A stretch of 64,000 nt of DNA from Ylistrum balloti. Taxonomy: Eukaryota. Shown here piece after piece: positions 1 through 11,900 of this stretch. The notes under the pieces are model-generated. The model worked only from the letters and a program-made list of their open reading frames with translations, did no database searches and was not told the DNA's origin. The first letter of the stretch is position 1, and every line of letters begins with the position of its first letter. Made by a program: the position numbers and the translations under genes. The stretch is from positions 1,364,001 to 1,428,000 of the forward strand of contig NW_026781982.1 of the NCBI RefSeq assembly GCF_031769215.1, given 5' to 3'.

Positions 1-221
1 CCTGTGTAATCTGGATATCTGTATAAACTAGACATTCTGTGTTAGGGTTAGGGTAATCTCTCACATATTGTCCCTCATCCATCCAGTTATTGTAGATATT
101 TTTTTATATATATATTTGAGAATATGCAGGCTTTTTTTGTGATATAAATGCCATTCCGTCCTTTTAAGTCAGTTTGATAAGAATTAGATGTCTATTCTAA
201 AGTGTTTCCTATTTTAATCAG

Positions 222-271
222 ACTATGTGTGGACTATAAAGCTAGGTTGTGATATACGAAGATTAAAGTGA
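222..271 (+). CDS. Possible terminal coding exon of an unidentified convergent gene (xYVWTIKLGCDIRRLK*)
   Basis: Acceptor-like cctattttaatcag|A at 220-221, a short open frame to TGA 269-271, then 3' UTR-like sequence. Product not recognised. Confidence 0.2.
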
Positions 272-1095
272 ACTACATTGACTTGAACCTCTGACATGAC
301 TAGGAGACAAGCAAAGGAAACTTGTAAAAAACTTGTTTTGAATGTAACACACAAAACCTTCATGAATTGTAATGCCTGTAGTAACAAATCAGGTAAAATG
401 CCCCTGGAGAAATCAGGAATATATGTTCATATAATTGAAATGACCCTCTAAACTCCAAAGTTAAACAGCAGTCCTGTTGTAATATGAGAAATCATTAGTC
501 TATACTTTAATGTGTGGTAAGGTTTCATATTCATCACACGTTAACAGTATGATCAATGGTATATCACCCGCATTATCCAGATTATAAACAAATGTAGCCA
601 TGAACAAAACCACCATTTTCAGGCAGAAATAACAATATTTTATATATATAACAGGTTGATGTCAGTGTAAATACCAGTATTTTCTTTTTGATATTTAACA
701 TTTATGAGATCAGTTTTTTTTATCTCCAAGAATATTTATTTTCAAATGTGACCTAAACCCATATACAGGTTACAGATCTGATAGAAGTTTATGGTAACAT
801 AACAGTAACTTATTTTCTAGGAATGGTGCCTGTAAATTGTTGAGAGTGAATCACATTTATATTTATTTGTTATATAAATGCACTGTATTGACAGGTTTTG
901 AATTTTATCTATTCTAGACTGGTGTTTTTTTTTCTGTTTTTGTAAATATAATCAGATCTTGTAAATATGAATTTATTTGTATGTAAATGTATATATATGT
1001 TATGTAAATGAAGGCAAATGTAAAAGCATCTATTAAATGTTATATAAATATTCATTTAAAAAGAATAAAACACATATTGATTCTATTTCATTTTA
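272..1095 (+). other. Probable 3' UTR of a convergent plus-strand gene
   Basis: U-rich. Four UGUAHAUA motifs (666-673, 941-948, 960-967, 988-995), AATAAA at 1064-1069, then a U-rich downstream tract. Confidence 0.5.
1064..1069 (+). terminator. Poly(A) signal AATAAA (convergent gene)
   Basis: Canonical hexamer after several TGTA elements and before a T-rich downstream element. Confidence 0.5.
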
Positions 1096-1098
1096 ATT

Positions 1099-1104
1099 TT
1101 TATT
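1099..1104 (-). terminator. Candidate distal poly(A) signal of KLHL5-like
   Basis: AATAAA on the minus strand. A minus-strand TGTAAATA at 1147-1154 lies upstream. Strand base bias flips near 1090. Confidence 0.3.
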
Positions 1105-2076
1105 TTCAGTTTTCTTTGTATAAAATAGTATAAATTTGTTTAACACTATTTACAAACTGTGTGGAGTTTACATACAATGTAATGACAAACAGTTAATGTA
1201 AAAACATTTGAAAATGTGATAAATTTTAGAAAATTTGTACAATATTTTATCCAGCACTTAACTGTGACAATATAATTTCATAATTTAGTGATAAACAATA
1301 ATCTATGATATTAATTTAAAAGTAAGAGGTTAATATTTTTACAATGTTAAATGAGAAATGTTCAACTTGAGAGGAAAATACTGACCATTCATCAAACTTC
1401 ATCTTAGAGTGTTAATTGTTTAAATAACTTAAATTGATTGAGATAAAGCAGAACTTAATTCTGTTATCAATAATTTCTAGTTATCAACTTTTTAAAAAAA
1501 TACAGGAATAAATTACCCTGATTTAAACACTTTTAAGGAACGGGATCATGATTTCAATTTTGTTCCATTGAAAAAACTGTGATATATTTTCAGATTTAGA
1601 TATTCTGTAAATATAATTTTACAAAGAATTATAAACTTAAACCAGATTCTACTTTCTGAATTGCTCTAGCATTTTCTTGTGTCTAGAAATTAATGAAACT
1701 GAAAAGAATTTATCTTTACCAGTAGCAATGTTTACAAAATATTCTAACCACCTTTGAAATCATGAAAGTGCACACCATGAACATTTCCCATTTTACATTT
1801 TTCTTCGCAATATTAATGAAAAATGCAAAAAGAAAAGACATTCTTCAATGTTTTGAATGAAAATACTGAATGTGGCAAAGCTCACACACATACACACTAC
1901 CTATACATATTTGGAAGACAGGAAGCAGAGGAAGGATGTAGGATTACTAGTACAGTGGTCAAATCATTCATTTATAGCAGTCATCCTAACAGCAGTAGTG
2001 ACGATGGCAATCATATGATCGTAATAACCATGACTGTATAAATATTGAAGTGACTGTCCAATTATAACAATTAATC

Positions 2077-2760
2077 AATCACAGCGATCATTGTTAAAAC
2101 CTTGACTGCATTACTGTAACTTATCAAGGTCTAAATCACAGCAATCATTATTAGAACCTTGACTGAATTACTGTAACTTATCAAGGTCTAAATCACAGCA
2201 AACATTATTAGAACCTTGACTGAATTACTGTATCAAGGTCTAAATCACAGCAATCATTATTAGAACCTTGACTGAATTACTGTATCAAGGTCTAAATTAC
2301 AGCGATCATTGTTAAAACCTTGACTGCATTACTGTAACTTATCAAGGTCTAAATCACAGCAATCATTATTAGAACCTTGACTAAATTACTGTATCAAGGT
2401 CTAAATTACAGCAATCATTGTTAAAACCTTGACTGCATTATTGTAACTTATCATGGTCTAAATCACAGCAATCATTATTAGAACCTTGACTGAATTACTG
2501 TAACTTATCAAGGTCTAAATCACAGCAATCATTGTTAGAACTTTGACTGAATTACTGTAACTTATCAAGGTCTAAATCACAGCAATCATTGTTAGAACCT
2601 TGACTGAATTACTGTATCAAGGTCTAAATCACAGCGATCATTGTTAGAACTTTGACTGAATTACTGTAACTTATCAAGGTCTAAATCACAGCAATCATTG
2701 TTAGAACTTTGACTGAATTACTGTTACTTATCAAGGTCTAAATCACAGCAATCATTGTTT
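2077..2760. repeat. Minisatellite, 57-bp unit (52-bp deletion variant), ~12 copies
   Basis: Unit TTATCAAGGTCTAAATCACAGCAATCATTATTAGAACCTTGACTGAATTACTGTAAC; spacing 2121 to 2178. Confidence 0.95.
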
Positions 2761-2944
2761 ACAATTAAATTGCTTTCGATTGTTGTATGATTTCAGTGAT
2801 TATACAATAACCAATCATTGTGATTATACAATAACCAATCATTGTGCTTATATATTATATATCATAAAAGTTTACAATCACTGATATTTTCACCAAAAAT
2901 TATCAACAGTCCTAAAATCACACAGAAATCATACAATATAACCA

Positions 2945-3140
2945 TTATTTCAACAGCCACAATCTGTGATTAGACAATTTCAACAGTCATAATCTGTGAT
3001 TAGACAATTTCAACAGAATATTTCAACAGTCATAATCCATGATTAGAAGATTTCAACAGCCACAATCTGTGATTAGACAATTTCAACAGTCATAATCTGT
3101 GATTAGACGATTTCAACAGTTGTAATCTGTAATTAGACGA
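2945..3140. repeat. Minisatellite, ~30-bp unit, ~6 copies
   Basis: TTTCAACAGTCATAATCTGTGATTAGACAA; spacing 2948 to 2978. Confidence 0.9.
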
Positions 3141-3240
3141 TAATGATGACTTACAAGAATTGGAGAATTTCTATGGTTTGTAATGATGGAAAGTCACAGC
3201 TATCATTTATCAAGCTGTATGAGCTGTGTGCATTCATTGT

Positions 3241-3246
3241 TTTATT
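3241..3246 (-). terminator. Candidate poly(A) signal of KLHL5-like
   Basis: Minus strand reads TGTAAATAAA. A third candidate hexamer lies at 6161-6166. Confidence 0.3.
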
Positions 3247-6200
3247 TACATAGCAATAAAAGACTCTATAACAACATCAAACACCAACAAATGCCACTAA
3301 TTCAAAATCAATAAACAAGCTTCTGTATCAACAGAAAATGTGCACCTATCTCTCCTAACTAGTAAAACATTAGGACTTATCTCAGCAGTGTTTAAAACAT
3401 CAAAAAACAGTAAAACCTTAATATATTTTTTATATGTATCCACAAACATTCTACACAAAAGATGCCTCTCTGCCCTTCTTTCTTGAATGACTTGTGTAAA
3501 ACACATGATACAAACTAATGAAGGAAAACACAAATTTTTACAATGTAAAAGATAAAAAATGAATATGACCTACATATGTAATTACACACAACACAAAACT
3601 AGGACTAATTCTACTTACATAACTTGGGTCTTTTTAAGAACAAGTCATAATGAAAAGCATAATGAATAGGTGGCACTGGATTTCATTCCATAATTACTTA
3701 TCTATACAGTTACTATGACAACAGTTATAGTTCCACACCTATTAAAGGGAGACAACACATCATTTGATATGATAAAAGTTCAAAGATTTTTAAATGGAAG
3801 CACCATATTTTGAATTGGACAAATGACCAAGTATTTAACATATAAAAATAACATCAATATGTATGGCATAATGAAGATTTCTAAACTTCGATAAATGCAA
3901 AAATAAAAGTGCTGAAACGAAACATGGGTGAAAATATAAATAGTATGCTGGACTTCAGACTGAAATATCTTATTTGTACTTTGTCTAAGGCTGAACTAAG
4001 CAAACTCTTATCAAAATATGTTAATTTTGTCTACTCTAGTACATCTGGTTGTGGTCTGAGCAAAACAACACCAACCAAGATCATAAAACTTTCTGAATTT
4101 TTTTTCATCATATGGGTATTTTACTTTGGTTCTTAAAAAAAACAACAACAAAAGAAAACAGGAATGAATTATTTTAGACTCGCATGATATTTACCATTAA
4201 TTTAAGCCAAAAAGGATTAATTAGGATTAATTTAATTAAGTGCAAAACATTGAAAATTACTGAGCAAAGCTTTATGATTAAGTCAAATATTGAGGGGAAA
4301 TGCACAAAAATATATATATATATACATATAAATTTGTCTATATTCTCACATAATTTACATGGGTCTTTTCCAAATTCTACACAATATGGGATAGAAGGTG
4401 AAATATATGTCCAGGTAACATTCCTCTACATGTACTTACTCAAACATTTCAATTCTTAAATTGGTTTCTCAGTTTAAAAGAAGGTAAAGAGAAGAATCAC
4501 TCAATCAAGTTCACTATTCTGTCACATAGCTAAGTTGTATATATATAACATTTAGTCTTATCCTTTACAAGACAACATCTTCTTGTTAGTTTTAGAAATG
4601 AAATTTCTTGGATATCTTTCCTTTCCATGAAGTTCAGGATTTTTAGAAAAAATGATCATGTATTTTTTGGTGTTTTTTATTAACAAATCCTTAAAGTGTA
4701 GTACACATGTAGTTCAGTCCACATATAGTAAAAAATTGCTGAATACCTAAATAAAGTTACTCTAAAAAGCTGTGATAGATGGATAGTAATGAGAATACTG
4801 ACGAGTGAACACTGACTACATGGACAATATATCTATACTAGGACTTATAAACTCTGGGATGTTTGGAATGGTTAAAAGTAACTAACTGAGGTACTGTAAT
4901 TAACCCAGGGATAACATTTAAAAATAACCATATTCTCTAAAACTAAATTAAAATAATAGAAAACATTAATTAAAGATTTATATCTTTTTTACAAAACAAA
5001 TGAGTTCCTCACTCTATTCCTTAATAATGTAACCCTTGTTTGACCTTTAGAATTTTTGTTATTCCTACTTGAAAAATCAACTATAATTTACAAGAACTTG
5101 GACACTGAACCATCATACTTCTGTATCTCAACAGAAGCACCTGATAAAACATATGACAGACAAACTAGGCCTGTCATGACTATAACACAACAACAAATTA
5201 AGTCAACTGTCACTATCCATAATTCACCAATATCCTATTTAAAATTCTAATTATGTAATTACAGAAGATTTTATGGTAATCAATTTTCAATTGGTATTTT
5301 TTTGGTAAATAATAAATTTGTAAAAATAACTGTTGGTGTATAGAATCACTTGATCAATGCTATCTTCCTTGTCTTCTGAAGAACTTTACATTACAATATC
5401 ATCCTGTTTTTTTTTTCGATGACCTGATTATGGGTTTTTTCTTTCGTGGTTTCCCCCTCCCCCAACATTTCTGATTCTGGAATAAAAACGGATAACAAAG
5501 TAATCAAAATGCAATAATTAGCACACAATGTATTATCATGAATCCAAAAGACAGGTAATGATCGTGACCTGATTACGACCTTGAGACATGTGATTGGGGT
5601 ACCTTACCTAGGTTAAATCAATATCTGTTTAGAATGAATCTACTCTGTTGTATGTTTATGTATAAAACCATATAAATAGGTTTCATGCTCACCTCTTCTG
5701 TAAAACATCTTTAAAATAATACAGAAATTTTCTAGCAAAAAAAATGTAATTTATATAATGTAACGTAAAGTTAAATTCTAACCTACGTAACCTACATAGG
5801 CATCACCTTATGACCATTCCTTGGATTCTCAATAAAAACTGAATTCAACGTGCTTACAAAAGACAGGAATTTGAGGTCAAGTGTAGTATCTATTGAATAC
5901 CATTTATAAATGTATGAAGAGGATTTGGTCGTCTAAACGTACCACAAGTAAAATACAATAACAGAATCAATCTATATGTTGATCTAGTCATTTAAAAATC
6001 AACAACTTCCATGCTACACAATGCTGGAAATCCCAGAAATTTCTGAATAACTGATAAACAAAGCATTCAGTTATCAAACTTAAAAGAGAATCACAATAAA
6101 GGTTTTAAAATTCAAACTTATTTGTATTGATTAATCATGACTCAAACAAATATCAGTCCTTTTATTATCAATAAAACAAGGTGAACAAAAACAGGAAGTT

Positions 6201-6672
6201 AGCCCTCATATTCTGTGATAATTGCTGGATTAAAATCTGAGTGGAAAATGTATATGCTTTATGAGATAATCTGTTTTGCCATGCAACAATAGTTTTAGTT
6301 TAAAAGATAATTTGAAAAAAAAATACAAAAACACGGTCATGTGTGAACAAAGATATTATCTGTTGGGTTATGATTAAAAGTCATATTTATATGTGAACTT
6401 CCAAGGATGACCTCTGGATCAGAGGAAGAAAATCATTATTATTTACATAAAATAATTATATGAAATTGACATTAATTGAACATAAAATAAACAATGTATA
6501 CCTGTACAATAAGTAATCTGATATTGAGACATAACATAAATATAAGATGTAAAATCCGGTCAAAAGAAGTCATATTCGTGCTTTTTGTAAATCTATGATA
6601 AACTCAGTAGCTAGCCTTAAAACAACTACCAACATGTTGACACATCTGTGTACACACATTTTTATGTGTGGT

Positions 6673-6934
6673 CTGTTGTATCACACTTGGATGTAATACA
6701 TGTACCAGGGTATATAGATCATTCAGTGGTGTATGCAGACAAGGGAGACAACCTGAACAGACATCTGTTGTATTACACTTGGATGTAATACATGTACCAG
6801 GGTATATATCATTCAGTGGTGTATGCAGACAAGGGAGACAACCTGAACAGACATATGTTGTATTACACTTGGATGTAATACATGTACCAGGGTATAGATC
6901 ATTCAGTGGTGTCTGCAGACAAGGGAGACAACCT
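6673..6934. repeat. Tandem repeat, ~91-bp unit, ~3 copies
   Basis: CACTTGGATGTAATACATGTACCAGGG at 6684, 6776 and 6866. Confidence 0.9.
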
Positions 6935-8540
6935 AAACTTGCACCTAACGATTTTATGCAAGTTAATTATATAATTATGCCAATTTTCTTGCCCGTCAAT
7001 GTTACATTAGTGTAATATGTCTGACATAATTACTACTCATTAATATATTTATCTTATGTTTTGGACATGTTTCACAAATTTGAGATTTATATGTAAGAGA
7101 GTTGTGAAGTCCAGTCCCATATTTTACTGAAATAGGCCCCCTGTCAGTAACTGTTTGTACATGATATTTTATAAAATCACAAGTGTTAACTCATCATTTA
7201 AAATGTCTATACATAGACTATAGTGTGTTGTTTATATCATAGATATAACATGTCATCTGATAGGACATTTTAATGTCCTCGTCACAACAAAAGAAACAGT
7301 CCTTTCCTGGACAGGAAAAGCACTGTTACATGTTGTTTGCTGAGCATAACATACAAGCTATCTGCTGCTACATTAGATAAAGTATGTAGTATATTTAGCC
7401 CGGTCATCTGTTCACCATTGGTCGTGTCTACAAAACTTTACCACTGTCCTTAAAATATTATCATTATCAGAAAATATATTTCAACAGCAATATTTTTTCA
7501 TAAGGCACTTTTGTTTGAAAGGAGAATGGCACATTATTGGTCGGGGTTGGATTTAGGGGTAAAAAATATCTCCGCTACATCCACCTTCATTAGATAGCAG
7601 TAAACATGTCGTCTTGTTCAATCCACACATTAATAGTTGGTTCAAAACCAGCCTTCCTAAATCTATATTACACACACAATATAACATATGTACATGTATC
7701 AAGATTTCCAATGCATTGCAGAAACAAGAGTTTTGCTATTTGTTTCTGCAAGACTCAAAATTTTCCAACAAAATTACATTCTGTTACTTACTTTCAAAAA
7801 AAAGGTATTATATTCAATTCTTTCTCAAATCCTGGCTGTATGTGGTGGTATGTTAAGCAGAGTTACTTCCCTTGGTATGAGTTATAACCAGAATAATGTG
7901 TGTCTATTTCCCTGACAATATCATTTATACTGAAGTGGATTAGCTGTATCAAAGACAAAGGATGAGCTCTGGAGACACATATTTGAGGATTTAAATTAAT
8001 GGTCATATACACGATGGACACGAGGATAAGATTGAGAAGAAAAAAATGAAAAATTGTGCAACACAAAAATATATAAAACATGTGTAACACAAACTGGAAT
8101 GGTATATATAGATCCATGATCTGACTGTTTACATGGAGGTGTGTACGAGACACGAGACACAATTTCCAGTCTATTGTCTGGTCCGGTATAATTCTCTGTT
8201 ATATTCCTCTGTTCTCCTTTGAATGACACACATTTGCAACTTTTATCAAATATTTAACATCTTTAAAGAAAAATGTCCTCTCTTGGTAACACATGTAAAA
8301 CATGAATTCCCTTGAATTGAAAGACTGCAGCAATATACCACATGTTTTGTGCTTGGCACATCAGAAAACTGGTCAGACGTGGTCCAGCTAATGCCTCAAT
8401 TGATCGATGATGAATGGTAGGGACGTCATCAGAATCACAAGAAAGTTTTACTGGATCATTATAATAGTTACTGCTTCCATACCCCAGTGTTATAAACAAA
8501 CCTGTACAATCACAAAGGTAAGTATACAGATAAGATGACT

Positions 8541-8730
8541 TGACCAGTGGTCACTAAGTAGTGAGTTTCACATTGACCAGTGGTCACTTCGTAGTTAGTT
8601 CACATTGACCAGTGGTCACTTCGTAGTGAGTTCATATTGACCAGGTCACTAAGTAATGAGGGTCACATTGACCTGTGGTCATTAAGTAGTGAGGTTCACA
8701 CTGACTGGTAAACATACTGTAGTGAAGTTC
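8541..8730. repeat. Minisatellite, ~32-bp unit, ~6 copies, in the proximal 3' UTR
   Basis: TGACCAGTGGTCAC... at 8541, 8574, 8606, 8638 and 8669. Confidence 0.85.
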
Positions 8731-8875
8731 ATATGAACAAATGACGTACAGTTTTCCTTGCTGTTTGTAATGATAAAATCTACGGTGATCCATGACCACT
8801 AGACTTTCGTCGTCTTCTATGAAAAAATCCTGATGGCCACTTCTTGAGGAGAGAAAGTGACCATTTCCTCTTATG

Positions 8876-8935
8876 TCAACTGTTGCTGACATGGACAACA
8901 CAGGCTCCTGCTCGACCAGTACACAGACCAGCCAT
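8876..8935 (-). CDS. KLHL5: KLHL5-like last coding exon ([19 protein letters not shown])
   Basis: Acceptor ttatgtttcag|ATG, TGA at 8878-8876. Completes Kelch 6 with the family C-terminal GRAGACVV motif. Missing from the ORF track because it is short. Confidence 0.93.
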   Translation of the reverse strand: MAGLCTGRAGACVVHVSNS

Positions 8936-11900
8936 CTGAAACATAACAAAGTACTAGTAAGCTTTCCATCATAGAAACAAGTTTTTTTCAGGATTAACAA
9001 CATAGAAGTCTTTCACAAACTTTTTATTCAAAATACATTTCTACCTGTATTTGAAACTGTGAAGATACACTTTCTTAAAATTCCCATAGAAACACACAGA
9101 AAATCTTTTGTAAACTTTGTATTTGCAAACCTTGTATTTATCTCCCATCAAATTTAAGTTAAGATATTCAGCAATAAGTTCATGTCTGATGAGCCCATCC
9201 ATATATATTTCACTTATACAGAAGATGATATTTCATTGTCCTGTAATCAGTAAACTCTCCAACTTCAAAACAGAATTAAGATGTCATCCCGTGTCTGGTA
9301 ATAAACTCATCCCTATCAGTTCATGAGTTGGCCCCCTATCACTTATCGGCCATTATCCTAGCTATTTCATGAGCTGGCTAGCAGTTAAAATTAACCCTAG
9401 TATTACTGATAATCTGGTGTGGATATTTAGCGAGATGTCAGTCATACCTTTGACCATTCGTTGCTGACTGAGTCGTAACATTCCACATCTTGTAGATACT
9501 GCTGACCGTCGTAACCTCCTACGGCAAAGATCTTGTCTCCCAGTACACATACACCTACTGCATCCCTGGGTGAGCTGATAGTGGCAATCATTGTCCATTG
9601 GTCAGTTTTGGGGTCGTATCTGTGGAAAAAAGTATACCCAGTTAAGTATAATACGATAGTGATCACTGACCACAACTGTGTTGATGTTCTGGTGATACTG
9701 TCTGTATAGCAAACTCTAAAAAAGGACCTCTTTCATGAACAATGGAATTTGGCCCACGACCCCATTTAATCCAAACCATGTGGCATTTATAGCACCCCAA
9801 TACACTCCCCTGCAATAGCACTTAAAAAATTCAAGTGCAAAATTCAGTGCACCGAAACTGGAAGAGTTTGAAACACTCCTCCTAAGATCAAACTTTCATC
9901 TAAAAATCAAGAAAAAATGACATTTTTTAAAAATTTAATTGATCGTAACTTTTTTCTTATGCTAAATTTGACAAATAATGTTTGCTTAAAATGACAAATA
10001 GATTCCAATGAACAAAATAAGTGGTTATAAGAAGCCTTGCGATGAACCCTTGCCTTGTTATGGTGCCATTTCTGAACTTATTCCTTATACCCTCAGTAAA
10101 TGTCACAAATTCTATAATAATCCAGGCCCTATGGGCCTTTTGAATTTTTAAGTGCTATTTCCGCGGGGTGTATTGGGGTGCTATAAATGCCACATGGTTT
10201 GGATTAAATCAGGTCGTGGACAAAATTCCATTGTTTGTGAAAGAGGTCCTTTCATCTTACTAGAAAAAAAACCCCACTGATTCCACAACCTGACTATTTT
10301 TAATCTAGAGATAGTCTTTCTGTTAAATTGTTAAACTGTTTTGATGAAGTAAAAGTTATCTGATTATTTCATATTACATGAAAGTAAATAACTCCTCTGA
10401 GAGACAAAGTATTGCACCAACAGCAGGGACACTGAACAATGTGTTGATCAGGTATAAAAGATATTAATTATAAAAAGTTGATGTCACCTCTTTGGAATTC
10501 ATGATGCTGTAAATAAAAATGGCCAATACATGACTAAGAACACTAAGAATAATTCATAGAAAAATTTTCATTTTTTTTTTAAATTTTTTTATTTCAGCCA
10601 ACTGGACAGTCCCATACTGATGAACCCATCAGGACATTATACCTTTCAGCACACTCAAATCTACAACATGTTGGGTTGGTAGCTGGTGCCTCATGACCTC
10701 CGACTGCGTACAGGAATCCCCCTCCCGTTGTGACCCCTACACCGCCACGCCGTTTCGACATTGGGGTACAGTGTAACCATTTGTTGGTGTGAGGATCAAA
10801 ACACTCAACAGTCTTCAGGCAAGAGCTTCCATCTCTGCCTCCCACTGCATACAATCTGAAACACACAAGAGGTAAGAATGACTATTTTACACACCATATG
10901 AGACATTGCCAAAACATTGTTAAAAAAATATCATATGTTCAATACCGGTGCTCTGTGTTAAGTCGTATCCTTCATTCAGAAACTAAAATCCGTTTAAAGT
11001 ATGCTTAATTGTTTATTTGTTGAGCTGTTGCAATCTTTCAATTTTACATAAAAATAAACATATAACACATACAGATATATTAACCACAATACATTTTAAT
11101 ACAATGCTTCATGCGTCCATTCAATTCTAGTTAACAAAAATATCTTGATTACCACAGAAAGATTTTAAGTCTTTACGCTGACTTAACAGTTAATTCATTC
11201 AAACATTCTACAAAGGCTTTCCATTGACAGGAACTCAGTCCCTGTAGAAGAATCATTCATCTTTGTACACAACTGATGAAATTTATCTTGATGGTTCTGC
11301 AATAAGCCCAGGGAACTAACACAAAGTATTCAACTGCCAATGATATTATATTTATTGTCATATTTTGAACGTTTTCTAGATGCAAGTTTTTGATGGACAC
11401 AATATTTCAACTTGACAACCAGGACAGATGTATTGTCAGAAATGAGAGCACAATACAGTATGAACAGGGATTCCATTTTTGAAGTTAATATATATTTGTG
11501 ATAGATATCTTGCAACAAGCCTAGGGAGCCAGCATTTTCTTACTCAAAGTCACAAGCTTATTACAAGTAATGAAGTAGTATTTCTTTGTTATTTTAAGAT
11601 ATATATGGGTGGGCTTATTACTGGCCTGCAGCATATTGATGGCTACAATAGCTGACGGTGCTTTGGTACATGTACTTACTTGCCCATGAGGACAGCCACG
11701 CCTACAGTACTGCGGGATGTTGACATGGGAGCGACATAGCTCCACTGCCTAGCTTGAGGATCCCAACGCTCCACTGTGTTTAGGTAAGACCAACCATCAT
11801 GTCCTCCAACAGCATACATTGGTCCCTCCAATACTCCAACACCTGAAAAGTCAGTTGTATCACAGATCATTGAAAATCAACATTCTCGACAATAATACAT

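Noticed and set aside
41-54. TTAGGGTTAGGG telomere-like motif
   Set aside because: Only two units, too short to call an interstitial telomeric sequence.
1823-9003. Short ORFs (60-123 aa) in the 3' UTR and similar ORFs scattered through the introns
   Set aside because: Low-complexity AT-rich translations with no recognisable motifs or splice support. ORF 8632-9003 merely overlaps the true last exon in another frame.
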